Below, in pieces: positions 49,569 to 60,712 of a stretch of 64,000 bases of DNA. Numbering within the stretch: position 1 is the stretch's first letter; every line of letters begins with the position of its first letter. Source of the DNA: Candidatus Latescibacterota bacterium (GTDB taxonomy: Bacteria; Latescibacterota; UBA2968); NCBI GenBank assembly GCA_965208125.1, contig OZ242320.1:1344001-1408000 (forward strand), in the 5' to 3' direction. The position numbers were made by a program, and so were the translations under genes. The notes below the pieces were generated by a model. The model was given only the letters and a program-made list of their open reading frames with translations, was not told where the DNA came from and did not search any database.

Positions 49569-51563
49569 CTACCATCCATGCGTCCAGTGCGGCGTTGACG
49601 GAAACCAGATATAATCCACAAGCGAAGAAAGCGCGCACCCCGTAACATATCCAACAACGAGACCAAAGAAAAACGGACGCACGCGATTGTAAAGCGGAAT
49701 ACCGCCAAACCGCAGAATCATATGCTTGGCCGACCACGTCAGGAACATACTAAAAGCATAAGTCCTCGACCCCGCGCTAATCTGAAAAGCCAGCCCCATC
49801 GGATGCAACGGCCACCAGGGCACGCGATTTCGCAAAAGCGTAAGCAAACCGGCAAAAAGCACGCCCAGAACCCACACAGTCGCCTTGGCCGGATCGAACA
49901 CAGTCTTATCTGCCTGCACAATAATTGAAACCATGCGATTGTAGAGATTCCGATTGCCACCTTGAAATCCACCCAACCCCAAATTCTGCGCCGCATTGTC
50001 ATAACCCAGATAAATCGTATAGAGCATAGACGCGAAAAAACACGTCGAAAAAGCCAGAAAAATCGTCCAAATAACCCGCTTCTGTCTCCCTTCGGACGAA
50101 AAAAATTTGAGATGGTGGGGCAGCGAGGGCCAGACCGGAATGCGGTGATTCCCAAAAAACATATTGGAATTGACGAGACCCAGGCCAACGACTTCCCTGC
50201 GCGTGAACGTCGAATAGCCAATCAAACTCTCAATAATTCGCCCGCCCCGAACCGCCACCGGAAACAAATAGGAGAACCCACTCGCCGCCGTGTATTTCGC
50301 AATGGTAAAATAGGCAATATAGAGAAGCACCACCTGAAGAATCGCAAGGGGCAGCGAAAGCCCCATATACGTGACAAACCCCACGACAAAAACCGTAGAA
50401 AGCACCAACCCCACAAGCGCGAACCGATAGGGAATAAGACCATCGTCTTTGGGAGATCGACAGCCTTCCATCGCCGCCTGAAACACCCTACGCAAATGCC
50501 CCCGGGCAATCCAGACCGACCACAGCGCGAGAAAAACAAAAGCCCCGTGGGATTCCAGAAGCAAAATCTCATACGCTTCTGCCTGCTGACCCGTATAGCC
50601 CACCGTATATCCAACGCGATTGATAAATCCTTCTTTAAAAATAGCAAAAAGTCGAAATGCCCAAAAAGAAAGAAGAATATCGAGATTGCACAAATAGGTC
50701 AGCCCAATAACGGGCGGCATAATACGCAGCCTCAAAGGCGGAAAATGTTCTGCAATAATAACATCCTTATTCGCGATACGAACCGAATCGTAAATCCCCA
50801 TATGGGGCAAATTGGGCGCAAAATACGTGATGATATTATAGACATAAACCAGCAGCACAACCAGAACGCCCGCCCAGAAGATACCGCCTTTAAACATCGC
50901 GGGAATGCGCTCTTTACCGTCAAAACCCTCGGTCAGCGCAACGGGAAAAGTCACCAGAGGAAAAGTCAGCTTTTCGGCATCTTCCCACTGCCTCTGAAAA
51001 ATAACCGAAACACAAAGCGCGGCCACCACAAGTGCTATAGACAGGCTGAACCACCAGCAAAGCGTGCCTATCCAACTGCCCCACGGAATGCTCTCTCCCG
51101 GCGGCAGACCCTCGTAAAAGGTCGTTATGGACCCCTGCGACACCTGGGGCAATACCCACCAGGGCATAACATCAAAAAGAAACTCCTCCCATCGGTTTTC
51201 AGGCGAAGCATAATAAGTCGGAGAACTGACAATACCGCCCCAGTACGTGGCCCATCCCGCAACGGGAATCGTCCCCACGATCCACGACATACTGTAAATC
51301 AAGACGAGTTCAGAACTGGAAAGCGCAATGCGGGGCCAAAAAAATCTGAGAACGAGATTGACGCCAATCCATCCCACAAAAGGCAGCAACATAGACATCG
51401 GGAGTTGCGACTTAACCAGCGCGCTATTGACGAGCACCATCCCCGTGTAATTGGTATAAGTATTGAGCAAAACACCCGTAGCCACGCCCAATACGACCGC
51501 CCGTACGGTGATAAGGGGCCGTTTTTGTTCTGATACATCCTCTGAAGGTTGAGCGTGTGCCAT
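49569..51563 (-). CDS. Polytopic membrane protein, putative transporter (DUF6785/DUF6784-like)
   Basis: Many TM segments; RQW..AEKLTFPL, WWPLHPMG, RPFFFGLVVG. Confidence 0.75.
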   Translation of the reverse strand: MAHAQPSEDVSEQKRPLITVRAVVLGVATGVLLNTYTNYTGMVLVNSALVKSQLPMSMLLPFVGWIGVNLVLRFFWPRIALSSSELVLIYSMSWIVGTIPVAGWATYWGGIVSSPTYYASPENRWEEFLFDVMPWWVLPQVSQGSITTFYEGLPPGESIPWGSWIGTLCWWFSLSIALVVAALCVSVIFQRQWEDAEKLTFPLVTFPVALTEGFDGKERIPAMFKGGIFWAGVLVVLLVYVYNIITYFAPNLPHMGIYDSVRIANKDVIIAEHFPPLRLRIMPPVIGLTYLCNLDILLSFWAFRLFAIFKEGFINRVGYTVGYTGQQAEAYEILLLESHGAFVFLALWSVWIARGHLRRVFQAAMEGCRSPKDDGLIPYRFALVGLVLSTVFVVGFVTYMGLSLPLAILQVVLLYIAYFTIAKYTAASGFSYLFPVAVRGGRIIESLIGYSTFTRREVVGLGLVNSNMFFGNHRIPVWPSLPHHLKFFSSEGRQKRVIWTIFLAFSTCFFASMLYTIYLGYDNAAQNLGLGGFQGGNRNLYNRMVSIIVQADKTVFDPAKATVWVLGVLFAGLLTLLRNRVPWWPLHPMGLAFQISAGSRTYAFSMFLTWSAKHMILRFGGIPLYNRVRPFFFGLVVGYVTGCALSSLVDYIWFPSTPHWTHGW

Positions 51564-51570
51564 AACGACC

Positions 51571-51948
51571 TTAGTCTTCATAAGTAACGACAACATCATC
51601 GCCGTCAATTTCTACCGCATAGGTCTTGACATACACCTCCGGATCCACCAGGCAGCGTCCTGTTGAGATTTCAAAAGACCACTGATGCCACGGACAGTGC
51701 AAAATTTCTCCATCGCCATCAATGAAAATCTCGCCCTCCCCCGTGGAAGGCGGCGCCTGAGTCGTCACCCGACCACCGAGAGTACCCGTACACAACGGAC
51801 CATTCTTGTGCGGACAAATATTGCGAACCGCGTAAAACGAACCCCCCACATTAAAAATGCCAATACCGGCGCGCCCGCGAAATGGCACCACAATTTTGCG
51901 CTGTCCAGGCGGTATCTCCGAAACCCTGGCAACTACAATACGCGCCAT
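51571..51948 (-). CDS. Rieske [2Fe-2S] ferredoxin
   Basis: CPH...CPWH. Confidence 0.93.
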   Translation of the reverse strand: MARIVVARVSEIPPGQRKIVVPFRGRAGIGIFNVGGSFYAVRNICPHKNGPLCTGTLGGRVTTQAPPSTGEGEIFIDGDGEILHCPWHQWSFEISTGRCLVDPEVYVKTYAVEIDGDDVVVTYED

Positions 51949-53094
51949 TTACACAACCTCCATACGCAGCATCTCCAGGGCATTATCGGCAAAAATGCGC
52001 TGGTGCAAATCCTCTGCCAACCTGGGAAATGTCGTCACGGGATCATTCCAGTCAAAATGGGGAAAATCCGAACAATAAATAAGGGTCTCATCCGCGTGTA
52101 ACATATCCAGCATCTGGTGTATTTGCTCGGGGCGCTCAGGCTCGTGCAAAGGCTGTGAGCCAACCCGAATATGGTCGCGAAAATACTCGCTCGGCAAACG
52201 CTTGAGCCACGGCGTCTGGTCGCGCAATGCCTTCCAGTCCGAATCCATGTGCCACATCAGCGGAACAGCCCAAAACTGCTGTGCTTCAATAAGCGCAAAC
52301 TTCAAATTCGGGAACTTCTCAAAAACACCTTCGCAGATCAACGACGCCGCGTGGGAACTCGCCATATACGGTCGGCTCATCCTGGACTCCATATAATACG
52401 TGGGAAAACCCACCGGAGTCGGCACAGTCCGCGTTGCCCCACCGCCGCCACCCACATGAGAAACCACCGGCAACCCGTGATCCTCACACGCCTCCCATAT
52501 CGGATGGTAAAAACGATTGCCGAAAGGCATCATCGTGCCCATCGGCACCATCACCGCAACCGTATCTTTGCGATGCGCCAGCCTGTTGATTTCATCGACC
52601 GCCTGAGACGGATCAGTAGGCGAAATGAGAATCGCATTGACGAGACGGTCATCGCGACTGAGCCAGTGCTCAATCGTCCAATCGTTAAAAGCGCGACACA
52701 GCGCAGCCGCCCAATCCGGATCTGGCAAACCCGAATACCCGTAAAAAGGCGGTGGTCCCGTCAAAAGCGCGTAATCGATATGCCAGCGGTCGAGATGCTC
52801 CTTCTGCAAAAACGCAACGGAAAAATTGAAATCCCGCTCCTTGAGATCCGGATCTTTCAAATCCGGCCGATTGGCGCGAAAAGGCATATTGGGATATCCA
52901 CCGCCGGGCAAATGCAACCCCTGATCGTAGAGATGCTCCTGATAAAATTTGGAAAGATGTGGCAACAAATCTTCCGGGCGGCGAAAATTTTGGTGTACAT
53001 CGCAATCGACAATCGCAACACCTTCTCTGGACCTCCCGGTCCAGCCCGGTGCCGTAATGGGGGCAGCACCTATTTTTCCACCTATATCGCTCAT
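51949..53094 (-). CDS. Amidohydrolase_2 family protein
   Basis: VDCDVH, AFNDW, EGVFEKFP, SDFPHFD. Confidence 0.92.
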   Translation of the reverse strand: MSDIGGKIGAAPITAPGWTGRSREGVAIVDCDVHQNFRRPEDLLPHLSKFYQEHLYDQGLHLPGGGYPNMPFRANRPDLKDPDLKERDFNFSVAFLQKEHLDRWHIDYALLTGPPPFYGYSGLPDPDWAAALCRAFNDWTIEHWLSRDDRLVNAILISPTDPSQAVDEINRLAHRKDTVAVMVPMGTMMPFGNRFYHPIWEACEDHGLPVVSHVGGGGGATRTVPTPVGFPTYYMESRMSRPYMASSHAASLICEGVFEKFPNLKFALIEAQQFWAVPLMWHMDSDWKALRDQTPWLKRLPSEYFRDHIRVGSQPLHEPERPEQIHQMLDMLHADETLIYCSDFPHFDWNDPVTTFPRLAEDLHQRIFADNALEMLRMEVV

Positions 53095-53263
53095 TGAATC
53101 CTCCGTATCCACTTTATGGATGTTTCAACACCTGTTAAACCAAAAGTACTGACACCTTTGAGCACTTGTCAAGACAGAACGGGCTATTTTTGTTGACGTA
53201 TTGAGAGATTGGTCGTTATTTCTTATCCCTAAAATCATACTTCACGGATGAAAGGAGCGTATT

Positions 53264-54265
53264 ATGTCAAACAAAATTCGCGTAGCGGTCATTGGCACAG
53301 GACAGCGCGGACCGTCGCATGCGCGCGAGCTATTGGGATGCGATGAAGCCGAACTCGCACTCGTGTGCGACCTGGATGAAGAACGCGCCAAAAATGCTGC
53401 TGAAAATTTCAACGTAAAATACGAACTCGACCATCGGGAAGTCATCGCACGGGACGACATCGACGCCCTGGCAATTGCGACGCACACGCGACACCACGCA
53501 GGCGTCATGCGCGATGCAGCCGCGGCAGGCAAACCATTTCTGGTCGAAAAGCCATACTGCGACAGCATTGAATCGGGCGTAGAAATTTGTGAACTTGCAG
53601 AAAAAAATAACGTCGTAGCAATGGTGGGCTATCAATCTCGCTTCACGGCTTTTGCCCAGGAAATGAAAGCCCTTGCCTCACAGATCGACCTGATACAAAC
53701 CAATGTAACACTTCAGCGCGGATTTTTTAACCCGCAGTATTTCTTCCCCGAACACTACAGCGGCATCCTCGACGCGCTCTCACACACCATGGACCTGGCT
53801 TTGTGGTGGACCGGCTCTTTGCCCGTGGAAGTCATGGGACACGAGCGTTGCGGCCTGTTCAAACCCGACAAAGACGCCGTAGAATTTGTCAACATCACAA
53901 CCCGATGCGAAAACGGGCAAATCGTGTGCATGACGGGCAGCATGGCGGGCATCCAGATGCAGAACATCTATCAGATGGCGGGCTTGCGGGGAAATATCTC
54001 GGCGACAGAACGCAATCGAATCCGATACGTCACACACCTCGGATTTAACGAAGACAAAACACCGATTGATCTAAAAGCGGGAGAATGGAAAGGCTCGGGA
54101 CAGCCGCCAACAGACATGTGGACGCATTTCGCGCAATGCGTGAAAGAAGGGCGAACGGATGTATCGCCCGGAGCGAGCTTGCGAGACGGACTCGCACAAG
54201 TAGCGGTAAGCGAAGGCGCATATTTCTCTTCCCGCGAAGGAAAAGCCATCACAGTCGAGCTTTAG
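53264..54265 (+). CDS. Gfo/Idh/MocA oxidoreductase
   Basis: VAVIGTG, VEKP, DALSH. Confidence 0.92.
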   Translation: MSNKIRVAVIGTGQRGPSHARELLGCDEAELALVCDLDEERAKNAAENFNVKYELDHREVIARDDIDALAIATHTRHHAGVMRDAAAAGKPFLVEKPYCDSIESGVEICELAEKNNVVAMVGYQSRFTAFAQEMKALASQIDLIQTNVTLQRGFFNPQYFFPEHYSGILDALSHTMDLALWWTGSLPVEVMGHERCGLFKPDKDAVEFVNITTRCENGQIVCMTGSMAGIQMQNIYQMAGLRGNISATERNRIRYVTHLGFNEDKTPIDLKAGEWKGSGQPPTDMWTHFAQCVKEGRTDVSPGASLRDGLAQVAVSEGAYFSSREGKAITVEL

Positions 54266-54280
54266 CCAGAGGAAGACAAA

Positions 54281-55063
54281 ATGAAACTCGGATGCCAGGC
54301 GAGATCGTTTGGCAAAGGGATATACCCCAGCGAAGCGGACTTCCTCTCAGTGGTTCGCCAGATCGGAAATCTGTGTTTCAAGGGACTGGAAGCAAATTGG
54401 AAAAATCTGGAGCGCTATTTTCAAGACCCCGAAGCATTCAAACGCATCCTATCCGAAACCAATCTCGAACTAATTGGCGCGCATTACGGAGCCGCGCACT
54501 GGGATGAATCCTCGCGCAAACAAATCAGAATTGAAGGCAACCAAATTGCCGACTTTGTATCCGCCGTTGGCGGACAGTACATCGTTTGCAGCGGACGGCG
54601 TCCAACACAGGGAACCGTATCAGACGAAATGTGGGAAAAAACCGCAGAAGGTCTGAACCTCCTGGGCGAACACTGCGCGCCCAAAGGCATTCAACTCGCC
54701 TATCACAACCACTGGTGGGAATCTGAACAAGAGGGACTGGTCAAACTCGCGTCATATACCGAACCGTTATACGTCGGATTTGCCTTTGACACCGGGCACC
54801 ACATACGGGCGGGCAAAGACGCAATCGCATTGGTCAGAGAACTCTCAGACAGGTTACACATCATCCACCTCGCAGACCATTCGGAAGACGCCCAGGGCAA
54901 TGCCCTTCGACCACAATTGGGCACCGGCGTATTAGACCTATCAGCCTTGCGAAACGCACTACAAGGATTTACTGGCTGGCTTGTTTTAGAAGAAGAAAAC
55001 AACGCCCCATCCCCAGAGGTACAGGTGGCCGAATGCATCGAGGTAATGAGGACAATGACTTAA
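54281..55063 (+). CDS. Sugar phosphate isomerase/epimerase (IolE-like TIM barrel)
   Basis: YHNHWWE, FDTGH, IHLAD, LVLE. Confidence 0.88.
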   Translation: MKLGCQARSFGKGIYPSEADFLSVVRQIGNLCFKGLEANWKNLERYFQDPEAFKRILSETNLELIGAHYGAAHWDESSRKQIRIEGNQIADFVSAVGGQYIVCSGRRPTQGTVSDEMWEKTAEGLNLLGEHCAPKGIQLAYHNHWWESEQEGLVKLASYTEPLYVGFAFDTGHHIRAGKDAIALVRELSDRLHIIHLADHSEDAQGNALRPQLGTGVLDLSALRNALQGFTGWLVLEEENNAPSPEVQVAECIEVMRTMT

Positions 55064-55093
55064 AATCTCCTGAATCCATGCGAAAGGAAAATT

Positions 55094-55618
55094 ATGGAAT
55101 TCGTTCAAAAAGATGCGCAAATAATACCGCACTATTTTCGAGATGACGGTGTGGTTCCAAACAGCTCCTTCCCACTTATCGTCTATCAAAACGCTCTATC
55201 ACTACCCGAAAACGACCCGGCGAGGGCATTTGAGCAGATATTTGCAGCCAATCGCTGGTCGCGTTCGTGGCGCAACGGCATTTATTCCTTTCACCACTAC
55301 CACGCCACAGCGCACGAAGTACTGGGCATAGCGCAGGGAAGTGCCAGAGTGTGCATGGGGGGTGAACAGGGCGTGCGCTTGACAATTGAACCTGGCGATG
55401 TCATGATAATTCCCGCGGGCGTGGGACACAAAAATCTGGGCGCGAGTTCAGATCTATTAGTCGTAGGCGCGTATCCCGATGGACAGCACCCGGACCTGTG
55501 TCGAGAAAGTGCCCGTGAACACAAACACGCGCTGGAAAATATCCCCAAAGTACCAATGCCCGCTTCCGATCCCGTCTTTGGAATAAATGGTGCCGTAATG
55601 AATTTATGGAAAAAATGA
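55094..55618 (+). CDS. Cupin, YjlB-like
   Basis: HHYHATAHEVLG, IPAGVGH, VVGAYP. Confidence 0.9.
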   Translation: MEFVQKDAQIIPHYFRDDGVVPNSSFPLIVYQNALSLPENDPARAFEQIFAANRWSRSWRNGIYSFHHYHATAHEVLGIAQGSARVCMGGEQGVRLTIEPGDVMIIPAGVGHKNLGASSDLLVVGAYPDGQHPDLCRESAREHKHALENIPKVPMPASDPVFGINGAVMNLWKK

Positions 55619-55625
55619 GGTCTTT

Positions 55626-57083
55626 ATGCAATCGACAAACATGCTCTACATCATATCCGATCAACACAACCGTAATCTACTCGGATGTTATGGTCACCCG
55701 ACAGTACAAACGCCCAACCTGGATCGGCTATCCGAACAGGGCACGCGATTTACCAATGCCTACACCAACTGTCCAATTTGCGTACCGGCGCGCGCATCTC
55801 TGGCTACAGGACGCTACGTGCATCAAATTGGCAACTGGGATAATGGACATCCATACACCGGAAACGCGCCGAGCTGGCACCACCGCTTGCGCGAGCAGGG
55901 TTTTAACGCCACATCAATAGGCAAATTGCACTTTAAGGGCCAGGGCACGGATCACGGATTCACCGAAGAAATCGAACCATTAAACGTCGTAGATGGCATA
56001 GGCGATGTACTGGGTAGTATCCGGGAACAGCCGCCCTTTCGCAACAAACGGCCGGGTATTCGGGAAGCGGGACCGGGCGACTCGACGTATTTGCAATACG
56101 ACCAGCGCAATGCAGACCACGCCATAAAGTGGTTACAAGAGCACCGGGAAGACCAGACCCCCTGGTGCCTGTTCCTGTCATTTGTGTGCCCACACCCGCC
56201 GTATATCTCGCCGCCAGACGCATACGACATCTACAACCCGGACGAACTGCCCCTGCCGCCGCAATGGCGAACACAGGACTGGCCCGACCATCCCACAATG
56301 GACTACTTCAGGCGATTCTTCACATTTGACCCCCAGTTTCCCGAAGCCATCGTACGGCAACTAAATGCGGCGTATTACGGTGTATGCACATATCTGGACA
56401 GCCAAATCGGTCGGGTGCTAAACACATTGGACGAACTGGAACTAACCGATACAACCCGCATCATCTACACAACAGACCACGGTGAACACCTGGGCGGACG
56501 CGGCATATACGGTAAATTTACCATGTATGAAGAATCGGCCGCCGTACCATTTCTGATGGCAGGTCCCGATGTCCCCGCGGGCAAAGTCGTGGAAACACCT
56601 GTCTCACTCATCGATAGCTTCCCGACAATTTTGGAAGCCGTGGGCGCGCAACAAACCGAAGCGGACGCAGACTTACCCGGCGAATCGCTGTGGACCATTG
56701 CACGGGAAGAAAACCGTGACCGCACGGTATTTAGCGAATACCATGCCATAGGCGCACAGCACGGAACGTATATGTTGCGCAATCGACAATACAAATACAT
56801 ATATCACGTCAATAATCCGCCGCAATTATTCGATACAAGGGATGACCCCGAAGAGTGCCGCGACTTCGCGCAGTGGTCCGATCACCGGGAAATCCTGGAA
56901 AATTTCGAACGCGAATTGCGCGACCTCATCGATCCCGAAACTGTGGATGCTCAAGCCAAAGCCTCACAACGAGAAATGATTGATTCTCTGGGTGGTGAAG
57001 AGGCCGTAATCCATCGAGGCGCATTTGACAACTCGCCCGTACCCGGTGAAGCACCAAAATTTCGACAGCACGGATCGGAGTGA
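55626..57083 (+). CDS. Sulfatase (choline-sulfatase-like)
   Basis: SDQH, CVPAR (CxPxR), GKLHF, PHPP, DHGE. Confidence 0.93.
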   Translation: MQSTNMLYIISDQHNRNLLGCYGHPTVQTPNLDRLSEQGTRFTNAYTNCPICVPARASLATGRYVHQIGNWDNGHPYTGNAPSWHHRLREQGFNATSIGKLHFKGQGTDHGFTEEIEPLNVVDGIGDVLGSIREQPPFRNKRPGIREAGPGDSTYLQYDQRNADHAIKWLQEHREDQTPWCLFLSFVCPHPPYISPPDAYDIYNPDELPLPPQWRTQDWPDHPTMDYFRRFFTFDPQFPEAIVRQLNAAYYGVCTYLDSQIGRVLNTLDELELTDTTRIIYTTDHGEHLGGRGIYGKFTMYEESAAVPFLMAGPDVPAGKVVETPVSLIDSFPTILEAVGAQQTEADADLPGESLWTIAREENRDRTVFSEYHAIGAQHGTYMLRNRQYKYIYHVNNPPQLFDTRDDPEECRDFAQWSDHREILENFERELRDLIDPETVDAQAKASQREMIDSLGGEEAVIHRGAFDNSPVPGEAPKFRQHGSE

Positions 57084-57098
57084 GCACAGGAGATAATC

Positions 57099-58574
57099 AT
57101 GGCCGAGACAGTCAAATTATTCCTCAATGGCGAATGGGTGGCATCTGAAGCAACGGAAACAGTACCGGTTTACAATCCATCTGATGGAACAGAAATTGCC
57201 GCAACACCCTTATGCGATGCATCGGAAATAGATCGCGTAGTACAATCAGCATCAGATGCATTTCCCGAATGGGCGAATACACCCGCCGTTGATCGCGCCC
57301 GCGTGATGTTCCGGCTCGTCGCACTCATGGAAACCCATTTCGAAGAACTGGCCCAACTCGTAACCCGCGAAAACGGCAAAACCATAGAAGATGCGCGAGG
57401 CGAAATTCGACGCGGGATCGAAGTCGCGGAATTTGCCTGTGGTGCGCCTGCGCTCTTGATGGGCGACTCGCTGGAAAATATCGCACAGGGAATTGATTGC
57501 GACACCATCCGACAACCTATAGGCGTATCCGTGGGCATCACGCCATTCAACTTCCCATCTATGGTACCTATGTGGACATTGCCCATTGCCCTGGTATGTG
57601 GCAACACCTACGTATTAAAACCATCGGAGCGCGTGCCCTTGAGTGCGATTCGAATTGGCGAATTATTGGCCGAATCTGGATTACCGCCCGGCGTATTCAA
57701 CATCGCACACGGCGGAAAAGACGCGGTAGATGCCCTGCTCGCCCATCCCGAAGTCAAAACCGTTTCATTTGTCGGATCAACACCCGTGGCGCGCTATGTC
57801 TATGAAACAGCCACCCGCAATGGCAAACGCGTACAATCAGCCGGTGGCGCAAAAAATTACTTAATCGTATTGCCCGACGCCGACCTGGACTCAACTGTAG
57901 CAGCCGTAATGGGCTCCGCTTATGGCTGCGCGGGCGAACGGTGCATGGCCGGCAGTGTCCTCGTCTGTGCCGAAGGTGCAGGCGACCGTTTCCTGGAACC
58001 GCTCAGTGAAACCGCACGCGAATTTCGGGTGGGACCAACCGACCGCGACCCCGGTGTAGATATGGGACCAGTCGTGACCAAAACGCACCTGGACCGCATC
58101 CATCAACATATTGAAAACGGACTGAGAGAAGGCGCAGAACTGATCGTAGATGGACGCGATATACAGGTCGAAGAAACACCGCATGGCTTCTACCTCGGTG
58201 CCACAATCTTTGATCAGGTAAAACCCCAGATGTCCATTGCGCAGGAAGAAATCTTCGGACCAGTATTATCGACCATGCACACGGACAACTTAGAGGAGGC
58301 TATTGCCCGGTGCAATGCCAGCGGATACGGCAACGCAGCCGTACTATTCACATCCAGTGGCGGAGCCGCGCGCAAATTTCGCCACGAAGTAAATGCCGGC
58401 ATGGTCGGCATCAACATCGGCGTCCCCGCGCCCATGGCATTCTTCCCCTTCTCCGGGTGGAACAATTCCTTCTTCGGCGATTTACATGTACAGGGCGCCG
58501 AAGGCATATCGTTCTTCACCCGACAAAAAGTAACAATTAGCCGATGGATTGACACAAAGCGACAATTCTTTTAG
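57099..58574 (+). CDS. mmsA: CoA-acylating methylmalonate-semialdehyde dehydrogenase
   Basis: [43 protein letters not shown]. Confidence 0.93.
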   Translation: MAETVKLFLNGEWVASEATETVPVYNPSDGTEIAATPLCDASEIDRVVQSASDAFPEWANTPAVDRARVMFRLVALMETHFEELAQLVTRENGKTIEDARGEIRRGIEVAEFACGAPALLMGDSLENIAQGIDCDTIRQPIGVSVGITPFNFPSMVPMWTLPIALVCGNTYVLKPSERVPLSAIRIGELLAESGLPPGVFNIAHGGKDAVDALLAHPEVKTVSFVGSTPVARYVYETATRNGKRVQSAGGAKNYLIVLPDADLDSTVAAVMGSAYGCAGERCMAGSVLVCAEGAGDRFLEPLSETAREFRVGPTDRDPGVDMGPVVTKTHLDRIHQHIENGLREGAELIVDGRDIQVEETPHGFYLGATIFDQVKPQMSIAQEEIFGPVLSTMHTDNLEEAIARCNASGYGNAAVLFTSSGGAARKFRHEVNAGMVGINIGVPAPMAFFPFSGWNNSFFGDLHVQGAEGISFFTRQKVTISRWIDTKRQFF

Positions 58575-58588
58575 CATAGGGAAAAAGC

Positions 58589-59047
58589 ATGGCAAGCCGG
58601 CACGCAGATTGGTTTAGACAAGGTGAACGCGACCTGGATCACGCTCGCAGAGCAACAGAGCATGGCGATTATGAATGGGCCTGCTTTGCCGCGCAGCAAG
58701 GTGCTGAAAAAGCCGTTAAGGCAGTCTTTCAAAAAGTCGGTGCCGTCGCCTGGGGACATTCCGTTGCGGCACTATTGGAGACTTTGCCCGATATTTCTCC
58801 ACTCGACGACGCCCTATTAGATGCGGCAAAAGAGTTGGACAAACATTATATCCCGGCGCGGTATCCCAATTCGCATCCTCAGGGCGCACCATTTGAATAC
58901 TATACACAAGGAGAGGCGGATCGTGCTGTATCAAACGCCAAAAAAATCATCACCTTCTGTTCGGGTTTTCTATTTGAACCGCCCAAAGACGATCCAACGG
59001 ATTCGGAAAGCGATGAAAATACTGAAGACCCGGCATCCCGAGATTGA
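58589..59047 (+). CDS. HEPN domain protein (putative toxin)
   Basis: WACFAAQQGAEKAVKA, WGHS, YIPARYPNSH. Confidence 0.92.
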   Translation: MASRHADWFRQGERDLDHARRATEHGDYEWACFAAQQGAEKAVKAVFQKVGAVAWGHSVAALLETLPDISPLDDALLDAAKELDKHYIPARYPNSHPQGAPFEYYTQGEADRAVSNAKKIITFCSGFLFEPPKDDPTDSESDENTEDPASRD

Positions 59048-59291
59048 GCGCGCAGTCCTATTCGGTTCTTTGTCCCGCGGTGATGCTGTTCCCGGAAGCG
59101 ATGCCGATGTATTGCTCGTGCTACGAGAAAGTGCGCTGTCTTTTCGAGAACGCAGTGCCTATTATGTTCCCAAAGATGTCGGGATCGGCGTAGATATTTT
59201 TGCGTACACGCAGTCTGAATTGGACGCGATGCGAATATCTAAAAATGCTTTTGTTCTTCAAGCACTAAAGGAAGGAATGGATCTGGTTTGA
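58923..59291 (+). CDS. Minimal nucleotidyltransferase (MNT)
   Basis: LFGSLSRGDAVPGSDAD (GSX10DXD); GTG start after AAGGAGAGG inferred. Confidence 0.88.
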   Translation: MLYQTPKKSSPSVRVFYLNRPKTIQRIRKAMKILKTRHPEIERAVLFGSLSRGDAVPGSDADVLLVLRESALSFRERSAYYVPKDVGIGVDIFAYTQSELDAMRISKNAFVLQALKEGMDLV

Positions 59292-59351
59292 AAGCCTATT
59301 CGTTTGCGATAAAATTTTTTTGTTCAAAGCGAGAACCAATCAGGAGGAAAC

Positions 59352-60689
59352 ATGGCAGATGATATCAAAACTGCGGCGAGGACCGCGCGGCAGGCTGCAC
59401 TCGCATTGAGTCAGGCAACGGAAAAACAGCGCAATGCCGCGCTCGAGGCCATAGCACAGGCATTGCATGCAAATCGCGATCGCATTTTAGACGCCAACAA
59501 ACGCGATCAGGCAGCAGCAGAAAAAATGCTGGCACAGGGAGAAATCACCCTCCCCCTGATCAAGCGTCTGAAAGTAGATGCTGAAAAGCTGGACAGCGAA
59601 ATAATAGTTGGCGTTCACAGTGTCGTAGCCCAGGAAGACCCCATTGGCAAAACGCAGGCCGCGACCGAATTGGACGAAGGCTTGAACCTCTATCGCGTAA
59701 CCGTGCCCATAGGCGTAATCGGCGTGGTCTTTGAATCGCGCCCTGACGCGCTGGTGCAAATCGCGACCCTGTGTCTAAAATCGGGCAACGGCGTCATGCT
59801 CAAAGGCGGCAGCGAAGCATTTCACACCAACCGCGCACTGGCCGAAATTATGATCGCTGCAACGGCTGGCCTGGACGGCATCCCCGAAGGATGGATGCAC
59901 CTTCTGGAATCGCGAGAAGAAGTCGCGGGCATTCTCGAACTACACGACCTCATCGACCTGATCATCCCGCGCGGCAGCAATGAATTCGTACAGCACATCA
60001 TGAACAACACCAAAATTCCCGTAATGGGGCACGCCGACGGCATCTGCCATGTGTACGTAGATAAGGACGCCGACCTAAAAAAAGCCGTGCGCATCGCCAT
60101 CGACTCCAAGACACAGTACGTGGCTGTCTGCAACGCTGTCGAGACCCTGCTGGTACACGCCGAAATTGCCAGAAACTTTTTCGCCACCGCAATTCAACAA
60201 CTCACCGACGAGGGCGTCTTAATCCGCGGCGACGCCCGCACCCTGGACATTGCCGCCAGCGCAGATGCCCTGACCCCGGCCACTGACACAGACTGGTCAA
60301 CCGAATACCTCGACTATGTCCTATCCGTCAAAGTCGTCGATTCGGTCGAAGAAGCAATCGCCCACATCAACGAATACAGCAGCCACCACACCGACTCAAT
60401 CGTAACCGAAGACCAGCAAGCCGCGAAGAGATTTTTGCAAGCCGTAGATTCGGCATCCGTCATACACAATGCCTCCACGCGATTTGCCGACGGATTTCGC
60501 TACGGCCTCGGCGCCGAAGTAGGCATCAGCACCAACCGCCTGCACAGCCGCGGACCTGTCGGCCTTGAAGGCCTCGTCATCTACAAATACGTGGTAACAG
60601 GTGACGGACATATTGCGGACGATTACATCGGCGAAAATGCCAGAACATTTACACATCGCAAACTGGATGCGGTCTGGCGTCCGGAATAA
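59352..60689 (+). CDS. proA: Gamma-glutamyl phosphate reductase
   Basis: VPIGVIGVVFESRP, LKGGSEA, IPRG, CNAVETLLVH, NASTRFADG, GAEVGIST. Confidence 0.97.
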   Translation: MADDIKTAARTARQAALALSQATEKQRNAALEAIAQALHANRDRILDANKRDQAAAEKMLAQGEITLPLIKRLKVDAEKLDSEIIVGVHSVVAQEDPIGKTQAATELDEGLNLYRVTVPIGVIGVVFESRPDALVQIATLCLKSGNGVMLKGGSEAFHTNRALAEIMIAATAGLDGIPEGWMHLLESREEVAGILELHDLIDLIIPRGSNEFVQHIMNNTKIPVMGHADGICHVYVDKDADLKKAVRIAIDSKTQYVAVCNAVETLLVHAEIARNFFATAIQQLTDEGVLIRGDARTLDIAASADALTPATDTDWSTEYLDYVLSVKVVDSVEEAIAHINEYSSHHTDSIVTEDQQAAKRFLQAVDSASVIHNASTRFADGFRYGLGAEVGISTNRLHSRGPVGLEGLVIYKYVVTGDGHIADDYIGENARTFTHRKLDAVWRPE

Positions 60690-60712
60690 TAACTCAAATA
60701 AAAGGGAACATC

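Noticed and set aside
49962-51533. 523-aa plus-strand ORF (also 42716-43795, 43820-45088, 46170-47462)
   Set aside because: Antisense shadows of well-supported minus-strand genes.
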